From positions 5,898 to 69,897 of the forward strand of contig CAIXBH010000172.1 in NCBI GenBank assembly GCA_903917615.1: a stretch of 64,000 nt of DNA, read 5' to 3'. Origin of the DNA: an uncultured Chloroflexota bacterium (GTDB lineage Bacteria; Chloroflexota; Dehalococcoidia; UBA2979). Below the pieces are notes generated by a model. The model searched no databases. It saw only the letters and a list, made by a program, of their open reading frames with translations, and had not been told where the DNA came from. Below, piece by piece: positions 12,202 through 24,710 of this stretch. The position numbers were made by a program, and so were the translations under genes. The stretch's first letter is position 1. Every line of letters starts with the position of its first letter.

Positions 12202-13443
12202 CTATTCCTCCGGCGGCTTGTACGACTGGAACTGCCAGAGCAGCAGAAAGTCATACACGATGCGCACCGCCGCGCCGAGGATCAGCGGCCAGCCGAACGA
12301 CGACACACTGAGCAACGCGCCCGCGATCAGCGGCGCCCCCGCGGAAGCGAGGCTCCTCGGTACGTTCGTGACGCTCGCCGCGGCCGCGCGCTCCTCGGGC
12401 GGCACGACGGCCATCACGTAGGACTGGCGCGCCGGGATGTCCATCTGCCCGAGCAGCGTCCGGCCGCAGAGCATGGCCACCGCCAGCGGCGCGTTCGGCA
12501 TTACCGCCGCCAGGATGAGGAAGATGTTCGACGGCAGGTGGGTGAACACCATCGTGTTGATCAGGCCGATGCGCTGGCCCAGCCACGAGGCGGCGAGCTG
12601 CGAGCCCGCCGAGAGCAACCCTGCGACGAAGAAGATCTCACCGGCGGTGGTCACCGACAGGTGGAAGCGCTCGAACAGCCAGAGCGAGAGCAGGGCCTGC
12701 CCGAGGAAGCCGCCGCCAAAGGCATCCATGCTGAACAGCAGCGACAACCGGATGACGATGCTGCGCGACTTTCGCAGCGGCGCGGCCCGCTGCGTGCCGT
12801 CGCCCGACTCCTCGACATGCAGGCCGGCGTAGATCGCGACGAGGCCCGCGGCGACGACCGCGTACACCAGGAACGAGGCGCGCTGGACCTCGACGAGCGG
12901 CCACCCCGCCAGTCGTGCGATGGCCACGGGCACGCCCGCGCACAGCGAGCCGATCGCGACGGCGAAGATGCCTCCGAGGTTGTAGCGCGCAAAGAGCGAC
13001 GTGCGGTCGAGTGGGGCTACGGCTTCGCTCAGCAGCGACTGCTCCGTCGGCAGGAAGACGCTGACGTCGCCGCCGGACGGATTCAGCGTGCCGATGACGC
13101 CGACGACGAGCAGCGTCCAGAAGTTCGTGGCCAGGGCGAAGCCGGCGCCCGTGAAGAGCATGAGCCCCGCCGAGGCGAAGAGGAGACTCCGGCGGCTCAG
13201 CCGGTGCCCCATGAGCCCCACAAGGAGCGTGAGCAGCGCGGAGCCCAGCAGGGTCCCGGTGATGATCGCGCCAATCTCGAAGGCAGAATACCCGGACTCA
13301 CGCAGGTAGGCGGCCAGCATGACCGACACGAAGCCGTCCGCCAGCCCGCGCAGCGACCGCGCGGAGACGAGCCGCCGCGCGTCCTCGGTGGCCGAGGCGG
13401 GGAGGAGGCGCGAGCCGCGATGCGTGGCGGTGGAGGAGACCAT
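12202..13443 (-). CDS. MFS transporter
   Basis: [38 protein letters not shown]; multiple TM segments. Confidence 0.9.
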   Translation of the reverse strand: MVSSTATHRGSRLLPASATEDARRLVSARSLRGLADGFVSVMLAAYLRESGYSAFEIGAIITGTLLGSALLTLLVGLMGHRLSRRSLLFASAGLMLFTGAGFALATNFWTLLVVGVIGTLNPSGGDVSVFLPTEQSLLSEAVAPLDRTSLFARYNLGGIFAVAIGSLCAGVPVAIARLAGWPLVEVQRASFLVYAVVAAGLVAIYAGLHVEESGDGTQRAAPLRKSRSIVIRLSLLFSMDAFGGGFLGQALLSLWLFERFHLSVTTAGEIFFVAGLLSAGSQLAASWLGQRIGLINTMVFTHLPSNIFLILAAVMPNAPLAVAMLCGRTLLGQMDIPARQSYVMAVVPPEERAAAASVTNVPRSLASAGAPLIAGALLSVSSFGWPLILGAAVRIVYDFLLLWQFQSYKPPEE

Positions 13444-13495
13444 CGGCGGAGTCTGCACGCTGTACGTCACCGACGCCAGCGGCGAACATGGGAGC

Positions 13496-14363
13496 ATGGT
13501 GACCATCCCCGACCTCATCGCGCAGGGACCGACGCTGTCGTTCGAGTTCTCCGCGCCTCGCGACGCCGACGGAGAGACGCGGCTCGCGCGGACGCTCGAG
13601 CGGCTTGCCGCGATCAAGCCGTCCTTCATGTCCGTGACCTACGGTGCGGGCGGCTCGACGCGTGGCCCCACTGCCGAGGTGGTGGAGCGGATCCAGCGCC
13701 TCGGCGTGAACGCGATGCCGCACCTCACCTGCGTGGCACACACACGCGAGGAGATCGCGGCGCTGGTCGAGCGCTACCGCGTCGATGGGGTCGAGAACCT
13801 CCTGGCGTTGCACGGGGACATCCCCGCCGACGGGCCGGATCACGCGACGAACGCGTTCCCGTGGGCGATCGACCTCGTCGCGTTCGTACGCGAGCGCACG
13901 CATTTCGCGATCGGCGTCGCGGCGCACCCCGAAGGGCATCCGCGCGCCGAGTCGCGCGCGGCCGACCTCGACCATCACGCGGAGAAGCTGCGCGCGGCGG
14001 ACTTCGCCATCACGCAGTTCTTCTTCGACCTGGCGCACTACGAGCGGTTCATCGCCGAGATGGCCAAGCGTGGCGTCACCACCCCCGTGATCCCGGGCAT
14101 CATGCCGCCGACCAACGCCGAGGGGATCGCGCGCATGTCCGCGGCGAACGGCACCGACTTCCCGGCGGCGCTTCGCGCGCGCCTCGAAGCCTGCGGCGAT
14201 GACCTCGATGCCCGGCGAGAGGTCGCGACGGACGCGGCGACGCGACTCGGCGAGGGACTGCTGGCTGCCGGCGCGCCGGGGATACAGCTGTACACGCTGA
14301 ACTTCAGCGAGCCCGCGCTCACGATCGTCCGGAACCTCGTCGAGGCGAACGCTCTCGCTGGCT

Positions 14364-14386
<23 letters not shown>
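13496..14386 (+). CDS. metF: Methylenetetrahydrofolate reductase
   Basis: [45 protein letters not shown]. Confidence 0.93.
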
Positions 14387-17039
<2,653 letters not shown>

Positions 17040-17049
17040 GACGTGCCGC

Positions 17050-18135
17050 CTATCGCGCGATCGTGAACGGTTCGAGGCCCGCGAGTCGCAATTTCGGCGC
17101 GCCGAGGTCGGGAACGCGGCGGGGCGGCAGGCCGCGCACCGCCTCCGCGATCGCTCGGATGTGGTCGGGTGTCGTGCCGCAGCAGCCGCCGACGATGTTC
17201 AGCAGGCCGGCGCTCGCCCACTCGTGCATCTGCGTCGCCATCTGGCCGGGCGTTTCGTCGTAGCCGCCGAACGCATTCGGCAGGCCTGCATTGGGGTACG
17301 CGGAGACCGCTGTGTCCGCGACACGCGAAAAGTCCGCGATGTACTCGCGCATCTGCTCCGGGCCAAGCGAGCAGTTGAGGCCCACCGCGAGGGGCTTCGC
17401 GTGACGGACGGAGTTCCAGAACGCTTCCACGGTTTGCCCGGACAGGTTCCGCCCCGAGAGGTCGACGACTGAGCCCGAGATGATGATCGGTAGCCGGACG
17501 CCGGTCGACTCGAACACCTCGTCGATGCCGAACAGGGCGGCCTTCGCGTTCAGGGTGTCGAAGATCGTCTCGACGAGCAGGATGTCGGCGCCGCCGTCGA
17601 TGAGGCCGCGTGCCGCCTCGCCGTACGCCTCGCGCAGCTGGTCGAACGTCACGCCGCGTGCGGCGGGGTCGTTCGCGTCAGGGGAAATCGAGGCGGTGCG
17701 GTTCGTGGGGCCGATCGAGCCCGCGACCCAGCGCGGCTTCGAGGGGTCGGCCGCCGTGTACTCATCTGCGACGGCGCGGCCAAGCCGTGCGCCCTCCGCG
17801 TTCAACTCGTACGCGAATGACTCGAGCCCGTAGTCGGCCTGCGCGATGCTCGTCGAGGCGAAGGTGTTTGTTGACGTAATGTCGGCGCCGGCGTCGAGGT
17901 ATGCGCGGTGGATCTCGGTGACGATCTGCGGGGCGGTCAGGATGAGGAGGTCGTTGTCGCCCTTGAGGTCGCTTGGCCAGTCCGCGAACCGTGTCCCGCG
18001 GTAGTCGGCCTCGGACAGTCGCCGGCCCTGGATCAGCACGCCCCATGACCCGTCGAGCACGAGGATCCGCTCCGCGAGGGCGCGGCGCAGCGCTTCGAGG
18101 CGCTGTTCGCGGGCGGTGGAGGCGGTCGTGGTCAT
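17050..18135 (-). CDS. metH: Methionine synthase homocysteine-binding (S-methyltransferase) subunit
   Basis: [45 protein letters not shown] zinc motif, ends LAGLEPF. Confidence 0.95.
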   Translation of the reverse strand: MTTTASTAREQRLEALRRALAERILVLDGSWGVLIQGRRLSEADYRGTRFADWPSDLKGDNDLLILTAPQIVTEIHRAYLDAGADITSTNTFASTSIAQADYGLESFAYELNAEGARLGRAVADEYTAADPSKPRWVAGSIGPTNRTASISPDANDPAARGVTFDQLREAYGEAARGLIDGGADILLVETIFDTLNAKAALFGIDEVFESTGVRLPIIISGSVVDLSGRNLSGQTVEAFWNSVRHAKPLAVGLNCSLGPEQMREYIADFSRVADTAVSAYPNAGLPNAFGGYDETPGQMATQMHEWASAGLLNIVGGCCGTTPDHIRAIAEAVRGLPPRRVPDLGAPKLRLAGLEPFTIAR

Positions 18136-18224
18136 GTTCCCCTTCGGAGCGCCGCTTCGCGGCTGAACACGTTATCCATGATACGGGGTGGCCCGCTGTG
18201 GGGACGGCCGGGCCAGAGACGACA

Positions 18225-18251
18225 AAGGGCCCGGGCAACGCCCGGGCCCTT
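18225..18251 (-). terminator. Terminator hairpin after the secreted-protein gene
   Basis: AAGGGCCCGGGC-GTT-GCCCGGGCCCTT followed by TGTC on the minus strand. Confidence 0.7.
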
Positions 18252-18271
18252 CGCCTTGGCCTGCTTCGGCG

Positions 18272-18901
18272 CTAGCCGCAGCGCGACGTCACGAAACGCG
18301 CCCCACCGACGAAGAGCAGCGCGACCGCTGCCAGTGCGAGCGGCAGCGCGGGAGACTCGGTCGGGGTGACCAGGCCGGCGTTGCCGGTCTTCGCCGGCAC
18401 CGCGACCGGCGCCGGTGCTGCGGCCGCCGCGGCGACGTTGAACGTGGCCTTGCCCACGGCGACGTTGCCATCGGCGCCACCACAGGCCTGGTGGGCCAGC
18501 TGGCCCACGACCACCCACACGGTGTGCGGGCCGGCGGCCAGAGGGCCGACGTCCTGGGTCAACGCGCCGGAGTGGATGATCTTCGGGTCACCGCTGGGGA
18601 TTGTGGTCCCCGGCTTCAGCGTGGTCGTGGGGTCGATGTCGACGTAGTAGTGCAGATGGAACGACGCCGGGTCAGCCGCCGCCGCTGCCTTGAAGTTGAT
18701 GCCCGCCGGGGTCACGTTCGCGGTGACCGTCGTCGTACCCGTAGAGGTGTTCGGCGCGGTTGCGGTGATCGCCAGGCCCGCAGGACATGCCGCGAGCGCC
18801 GGAACCTGTGCCTCTGCGCCGCGAGGCGTGAGCAGCGCCGTGACCGTGATCGCGAGCGCTGCAGCGACCCGGACGTATCGGGACAGACGGTGGTGGTTCA
18901 C
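18272..18901 (-). CDS. Secreted, C-terminally anchored protein (DUF4399-like His motif; PAKTG sorting-like motif)
   Basis: Signal peptide ending AEAQ; FHLHYYVD..IIHS..GPHTV..AH; Ala/Pro linker, PAKTGNAG, hydrophobic helix, basic tail. Confidence 0.75.
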   Translation of the reverse strand: MNHHRLSRYVRVAAALAITVTALLTPRGAEAQVPALAACPAGLAITATAPNTSTGTTTVTANVTPAGINFKAAAAADPASFHLHYYVDIDPTTTLKPGTTIPSGDPKIIHSGALTQDVGPLAAGPHTVWVVVGQLAHQACGGADGNVAVGKATFNVAAAAAAPAPVAVPAKTGNAGLVTPTESPALPLALAAVALLFVGGARFVTSRCG

Positions 18902-19043
18902 GTGGGTACCTTCCTAGAACCGGGCGGTGGTGGTGCCTCGTCGCGGCCCGGACGTCGACTGGCCGCCGGACGATAGACCGGATCGGCGCGCAGCGCATCC
19001 CGTTCTGCACGCCGGGAACGCGTGACCTCGCTAGGCTGATCGC

Positions 19044-20552
19044 ATGGCTGCACCTGTGCTCATGGTCGTCGGCACTGCCTCGTCAGTGGGGAAGTCGATC
19101 CTCGTGACGGCGCTCTGCCGCGCGTTTGCGCAGGAGGGTGTCCGCGTTGCGCCGTTCAAGGCGCAGAACATGTCGAATAACGCCGACGTGACCCCGGATG
19201 GCCTCGAGATCGGGCGTGCGCAGGCGGAGCAGGCGGCCGCGGCCGGTCTTCTGGCGGACGTCGACATGAATCCGGTGCTGCTCAAGCCCCAGGGCGATCG
19301 CACGTCGCAGATCGTGCTCGACGGCCGGCCGGCCGGCGTGCTGACGAGCGCCGACTTCGATCGTCGCGCGCAGTTCTGGCCGTTCGTCGAGGGCGCACTG
19401 GGGCGCCTGCGAGCGAAGTACGACCTCGTGATCGCGGAAGGTGCGGGCGCGGCGATCGAGCCGAACCTGTACGCGACGGACATCGTGAACATGCGAGTCG
19501 CGAGGCACGCGCATGCGGTGACGCTGCTCGTCGGGGACATCGACCGTGGTGGCGTGTTCGCGCACTTCGTGGGCACGCTCGCTCTGATGCCGCCCGAGGA
19601 CCGCGCACTCGTGCGAGGCCTCATCATCAATCGCTTCCGTGGCGATGAGACGCTCCTCGCGCCCGCGATCGCGGATGTCGAGGCACGCACCGGCGTCCCG
19701 GTCCTCGGCGTGATCCCATGGCTCGACGAGATCGACATCGCGGAGGAGGATGCGGCCTCTCTGGCTGGCGCGCTGGAGCGGCCGGCGCGCGCGGATGTCG
19801 TGGACCTGCCGCCCAGCGTCGAGGTCGCCGTGATTCGGCTGCCGCGCATCGCGAACTTCGACGACTTCGATCCGCTCGCGCGGGAGCCCGGTGTGCGGCT
19901 GCGTTACGTGCAGCGCGCGGAGGATCTTGCGGGCGCGCAGCTCATCGTACTTCCCGGCACGAAGTCCACCATCGCGGATCTCGAGTGGCTGCGCGCACGT
20001 GGGCTCGACGCCGCGATCCATCAGCGCCTCGCGGCTGGCGCGCACATCCTCGGCATCTGCGGCGGCCTGCAGATGCTCGGCGAGCGCATTACGGACGACG
20101 AAGGGGTCGAGGCCGCCGCGGGCGCGAGCGTGGAAGGCCTCGGACTGCTGGCGCTACGCACGTCGTTCGTGGCGGAGAAGGCGACGCGTCGCGTCGCGGG
20201 GCATGTCGCGACTTCGCGCGGCACGTGGGCGAAGGCGCGCGGCCTCGCAGTGAGTGGCTACGAGATCCACATGGGACGGTCCGAGGGCGCCGCGGAACCG
20301 TTCCTCACGCTCGACGGGCATCCGGACGGCGCGGTGTCCGCGGACGGACTCGTCGGGGGGACGTACCTCCATGGCCTGCTGCACAACGACGGGTTCCGTC
20401 GCACGCTCCTGCGCTCGCTCGGCTGGGTGGGCGACGTCGAGGAGTCGAGCGCCGCGCGTCGCGAGCGCGCGTTCGACCGCCTCGCCGGCGTCGTGCGCGC
20501 GCACCTCGACCTCGATCGCGTGCGCGGCTGGCTCGAGCTTCCCGCGCGCTAG
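19044..20552 (+). CDS. cobQ: Cobyric acid synthase
   Basis: GTASSVGKS, APFKAQNMSNN, MNPVLLKP, DIDRGGVFA, GICGGLQMLG, GYEIHMG, GTYLHG. Confidence 0.97.
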   Translation: MAAPVLMVVGTASSVGKSILVTALCRAFAQEGVRVAPFKAQNMSNNADVTPDGLEIGRAQAEQAAAAGLLADVDMNPVLLKPQGDRTSQIVLDGRPAGVLTSADFDRRAQFWPFVEGALGRLRAKYDLVIAEGAGAAIEPNLYATDIVNMRVARHAHAVTLLVGDIDRGGVFAHFVGTLALMPPEDRALVRGLIINRFRGDETLLAPAIADVEARTGVPVLGVIPWLDEIDIAEEDAASLAGALERPARADVVDLPPSVEVAVIRLPRIANFDDFDPLAREPGVRLRYVQRAEDLAGAQLIVLPGTKSTIADLEWLRARGLDAAIHQRLAAGAHILGICGGLQMLGERITDDEGVEAAAGASVEGLGLLALRTSFVAEKATRRVAGHVATSRGTWAKARGLAVSGYEIHMGRSEGAAEPFLTLDGHPDGAVSADGLVGGTYLHGLLHNDGFRRTLLRSLGWVGDVEESSAARRERAFDRLAGVVRAHLDLDRVRGWLELPAR

Positions 20553-21115
20553 GCCTCGAGCGCAGCGCGGAAGCGCGCGAGACGCTCGTGGTACGCGGGG
20601 CCCGTGCCGATGGACTGCGAGGACGCGACGGCCTCGAATGAATCGTCCTCGACGTGGTGGCGGTGCAGCAGCCGGGCGGCGGGTACGCCGTCCGCGACGC
20701 CCGCGATCTCGTAAACGGCGGCGACGCGGCGCGCGATGCCCCCACCGCGCACGCGATAGACCGCGATGTAGACGACGAGTTCGAGGCGCGCGGCCTGTTC
20801 GTCAGGGATGCCGTTGTGGTGGCACAGCACCTCGAATGCCTCGTTCACCCCGGGCGCGTGCAGCGCGGTCGCGAGAAGGAACCCGCGTTCCAGCGCGCCG
20901 AACACCTGCTGCACCGGGGGCCCCCACAGGTATTCGTAGAACCCGGCGGGTGAGACCTCGGCGACGATGAGGTAGCCGTTGTCGGCGGCAGTCGGAATGC
21001 CCAGGCCCGGCCCCGCGCCGGAGCTGAGGGTGTGCATCGGCGTCCCGGCGGGTGCTTCCGCGAGGATCGCGCGCATCACCGTGCTCTTGCCGGCCTGTCG
21101 GGGGATCGCGACGCA
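20549..21115 (-). pseudogene. 5'-truncated P-loop protein (VirB11/CpaF-like ATPase fold)
   Basis: AIPRQAGKST Walker A, YLIVAE Walker B-like, ATALHA His box; no credible start upstream; stop overlaps the cobQ stop (CTAG). Confidence 0.6.
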
Positions 21116-21589
21116 CCCCAGGGGCAGGCCTCGACCATGGCATTCCACGCCGAGACCGACGTCCTGGAGCGGTTCGAGGATTTCCTCGACCGCGCAGTGA
21201 AGTTCAACCCAGCGCGGAAGCCGGAGCACCTCGCCTACAGCCTCACGCACTCGCTGAAGCGCACGGACAAGGGCTGGACATGGAAGCAGGATCCCCGTGG
21301 CCGCGACCGCGTGCGTGCGACGCCTCTCGACGAGCGTCAGGCCGCCGCTACCCGGCGCAATGCGGAGCTGTGGGAGGACCTGCGCGCGCTCGCCACGAGG
21401 ACGCTCATCATCCGTGGTGATGCCAGCAAAACGCTTGCCGCGGACGTGGCGCAGCGCATGGTCGATGCGGCGCAGCATGCGACGCTCGTGACCGTCCCGG
21501 GGGCCAGCGGCTATGTGCCCGGCGACCGCCCTCGCGAGTTCGCGGAGGCGCTGGACGCGTTCCTCTCAGCCCGTAGCCGCATGGGCTAG
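21116..21589 (+). pseudogene. C-terminal fragment of an alpha/beta hydrolase
   Basis: WTWKQDP, LWEDLRALATRTLIIRGDAS, PGDRPREFAEALDAFL are typical hydrolase C-terminal segments; the HG and GxSxG half is missing. Confidence 0.65.
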
Positions 21590-22905
21590 TGCGCGGCGCC
21601 GATCGCGGCGCTGCGATCCTGGCTGTCCCGCACGAGGTTGCTGAGGCGCAGCCCGCGCATCCTCGACGACAGCACGAGGATGGCGATGCCGATCGTCCCG
21701 GCTGCAGCGGTGATGACCGCTCCCACGAGCGGCGCGCCGACGCGGTCTGCCGCGACACCGGCGACGAGGGAGCCGACCGGCATGATGAGGAAGGTGAGCT
21801 GGAGCACGCTCGCGATGCTCCCGCGCAGGTGTTCGGGTGCCAGGAGCTGCATCACCGAGGTGTTCGTCGTGGTGTAGACGGTCTCGAAGGTCCCCGCGAT
21901 CACGAGGAACGGAACGCACAGCCAGAGGTTGTGCGTCACAGCCGCGAGCACCGAGAAGGCCGTCTCCGAGAACGCGAAGATCAGCAGCGCGATCAACTGC
22001 ATCAGCCCGCGGCGGTCGATGCGGTTCAGCGACGCTGTCAGCAGGCCGCCGAGCAGACCGCCCACGCCGATGGAGCCGGCAAGCAGACCGAACGTGCCGG
22101 CATCGCCGTTGAACACGTGCTGCGCGAACGCAGGCAGCAGGGCGGCGTGGAGCGGGATGATCAGCGCCGGCGAGATCGCGCTCATGATGAGCAGCAGCCG
22201 CACCTGCGGATCGCTGAGCGCGAACGTCCAGCCCTCCATGAGGGCGCCGAGAAATGCCTTTCGCGGCGGCGCCGGCGGACGCGGGCCTGTGCGGATCAGG
22301 AGCACGGACGCCAGCACCGTGCCGTACGCGATCGCCTGCAGGTAGAAGTTCGTCGCTGGGCCAACGAACTTCACCAGCGAGCCGCCGATCATCGTCCCGC
22401 CGGCACGCGCGATGCTGAACGCCAGCCATGACAGGGCCACGGCGTTCGGAATCACGCGTCTGGGGACGAGGTCGAACACGAACGTCTGGCGCGCGGGCAT
22501 GTTGAAGGTCTGCGCGACGGATACCAGCAGCATGAACACGAAGATGTGACTCAGTTGCACCGTGCCGAGGCTCACGTCCACGCCGATGGCGACCGTCACC
22601 GCCAGCATCGCCACCTGGCTCCAGGCGATCACGCGGTTGCGTCCGAGACGGTCGGTGGCCAGGCCTGCCGCCGGTGAGAGCAGCGTCGCGAAGGCTCGCA
22701 TCAGGTTCACCGAGCCAACGAGCCCGCTGGAACCGGTCAGGATCTGGACCATCCAGCTCACCGTGACCTGCTGCATCCACTGCGCGCCTGCGGTGGCGAG
22801 GTCTCCGATCCACAGCATGCGGTAGTTGAAGAACCGGAACGCGTAGAACGTCCCGATCTCGTCGTGCTCGGAGGCGTCCTCGGTCGGGGGGGGTGTGGCG
22901 GTCAT
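21586..22905 (-). CDS. MFS transporter (MFS_3-like)
   Basis: AFRFFNYRMLW, GLATDRLGRNR, MPARQTFVFDLV; about 12 TM segments. Confidence 0.9.
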   Translation of the reverse strand: MTATPPPTEDASEHDEIGTFYAFRFFNYRMLWIGDLATAGAQWMQQVTVSWMVQILTGSSGLVGSVNLMRAFATLLSPAAGLATDRLGRNRVIAWSQVAMLAVTVAIGVDVSLGTVQLSHIFVFMLLVSVAQTFNMPARQTFVFDLVPRRVIPNAVALSWLAFSIARAGGTMIGGSLVKFVGPATNFYLQAIAYGTVLASVLLIRTGPRPPAPPRKAFLGALMEGWTFALSDPQVRLLLIMSAISPALIIPLHAALLPAFAQHVFNGDAGTFGLLAGSIGVGGLLGGLLTASLNRIDRRGLMQLIALLIFAFSETAFSVLAAVTHNLWLCVPFLVIAGTFETVYTTTNTSVMQLLAPEHLRGSIASVLQLTFLIMPVGSLVAGVAADRVGAPLVGAVITAAAGTIGIAILVLSSRMRGLRLSNLVRDSQDRSAAIGAAH

Positions 22906-23180
22906 GCGGTTCTTTCGTTCGGCGGGAGAGGCGGCGGGGTCGCTCGGACCGCGCGGGACGTGGGTAACCCTCACGTGTACGACATGGTACCGCGACGGTC
23001 GTGGAGGTCGAGTCGCGGCCGGGTGCGTCACGCGGCGGCGCCGGCAGGCGGATGCGCACCGGGGACGGGCCACCAGTTGCGGCACGGCGTAGGATCGCCG
23101 CTGCGCAGCGGGGAGGCCGTCCGTCGAGGGTGGCCGCGCGCAGTCCCCACCACAGTGACCGCATCGGAGGATCTCAAGAC

Positions 23181-24593
23181 ATGGCTGACTCGATCGCGCG
23201 GCAGTTCGCCCGCTGGACCGCGAACCTGAAGTACGAGGACCTGCCGCCGGTTGTCGTCGACAAGATGAAGTCCGTGCTCCTCGTGGAGCTCGTCAGCGGC
23301 GTGCTCGGCGCGCAGGACCACCGCGCCAAGGAAGTGAACGACTTCATCGTCCGCGAAGAGGGCAAGGCGGACGGCGCGACGATCATCTGGGACGGCCGTA
23401 AGGCCAGCCGCGCGGGCGCCGCGTTCGCGAACGCCGAGGCGATGCACGTCACCGGCCTCGAAGACCAGTTCCGCATGATCACCCACCCGGGTTCCTCGCT
23501 CATCCCGGTCGCCATCACCAACGGCGAGCTCGAGGGCGTCAACATGAAGCAGCTCCTCACGGCCCTCGCGGCCGGGTACGAGGTGGGCTGCCGGCTGTCG
23601 GACGACTTCGTGCCGGCGACCGCCGCGCGCGGCTACCGGCCCGCGCCGATCTACCACACGATGGGTTCTTCGGTGGTCGCGGCGAAGCTGATGGGCCTCA
23701 ACGAGGACGGCATGATGTCCGCCATCGCGATCGGCGCGAACAGCGCGGCCGGCCTCTTCGAGAGCGGCCGCGGCGCCGGCGGCGGCGAGACGGCATTCCA
23801 CGACCCGAACGCGGCGCGCATCGGCACGTTCGCGGCGATGGTCGCGCGCGAGGGCCACATCAAGGGCTCCGAGCTCGTCATCGAGGGCGAGGCGGGCTTC
23901 CTGAACGCCTTCACCGGCAACAACCGCGGCGACCTCACGTACATGTTCGAGGAGCCGCGCCACGTCGACGTGACGAAGATCCCGGCGGACCTCGGCAAGG
24001 AGTGGAAGCTCCTCAACATCATGTACCGCATGTACAACACGGGCGGGTACAACCACCCGGTGATCAACCTCCTCGCCGAGCTGCGCGAGCAGAACAAGAT
24101 CAACCCGGATGAGGTTGCGCACGTCGAGGTGCAGATCAACTTCCTCGAGACCACGTACCCGAGCGCGCAGTTCCCGGCCGCGCCGTCGAACCCGGCGCGC
24201 GTGGGCAGCACGCACTACTTCGCCGCGCACGCGGTGGTGAACGGCGGCTTCCCGCAGATCGGCGGGCGCACCTACGGCCCGACCGAGGACCCGACGAAGG
24301 ACGAGAAGGTCCTGAAGTTCATGACCGAGAAGGTGAAGATCACCGGCGTCTGGAACCAGCCGATGTTCTCGCCGCGCGCCATCATCACCATGAACAACGG
24401 CACCGCGTACACGGGTGACTACCCGTACGCGCGCATGTGCTGGGACCTCGAAGGCCTGGTCGAGCACCTGCACGACCTGGAGGCGAAGTTCCCGCTCGGC
24501 GCTGCGGGCCTGAACGCGATCATCGACGCGTGCCGCAACCTCGAGTCGCTCTCGGGGGTCGCGGACCTGCACGCGCTCTGCCGCGCGAAGTAG
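23181..24593 (+). CDS. MmgE/PrpD family protein (paralogue 1, 470 aa)
   Basis: YEDLPPVVVDK, AAFANAEAMH..ED..THPG, ALAAGYEV, IEGEAGF; GGAGG RBS. Confidence 0.88.
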   Translation: MADSIARQFARWTANLKYEDLPPVVVDKMKSVLLVELVSGVLGAQDHRAKEVNDFIVREEGKADGATIIWDGRKASRAGAAFANAEAMHVTGLEDQFRMITHPGSSLIPVAITNGELEGVNMKQLLTALAAGYEVGCRLSDDFVPATAARGYRPAPIYHTMGSSVVAAKLMGLNEDGMMSAIAIGANSAAGLFESGRGAGGGETAFHDPNAARIGTFAAMVAREGHIKGSELVIEGEAGFLNAFTGNNRGDLTYMFEEPRHVDVTKIPADLGKEWKLLNIMYRMYNTGGYNHPVINLLAELREQNKINPDEVAHVEVQINFLETTYPSAQFPAAPSNPARVGSTHYFAAHAVVNGGFPQIGGRTYGPTEDPTKDEKVLKFMTEKVKITGVWNQPMFSPRAIITMNNGTAYTGDYPYARMCWDLEGLVEHLHDLEAKFPLGAAGLNAIIDACRNLESLSGVADLHALCRAK

Positions 24594-24618
24594 CTCATCC
24601 GGCTTCGGCCGAATACAG

Positions 24619-24656
24619 AACGGGTGGTCGAGGGAATCCTCGACCGCCCGTTTGTT
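24619..24656 (+). terminator. Intrinsic terminator
   Basis: AACGGGTGGTCGAGG-GAAT-CCTCGACCGCCCGTT followed by TGTT. Confidence 0.8.
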
Positions 24657-24710
24657 CATATCGTCCGCGGGTTTCCGCCGTAGACTGCGTGCGACGAAGG
24701 GCGGCGCCCA

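Noticed and set aside
18136..19043. Known SAM, SAH or cobalamin riboswitch near metH and cobQ
   Set aside because: No recognisable conserved cores by eye; an Rfam scan is needed to exclude them formally
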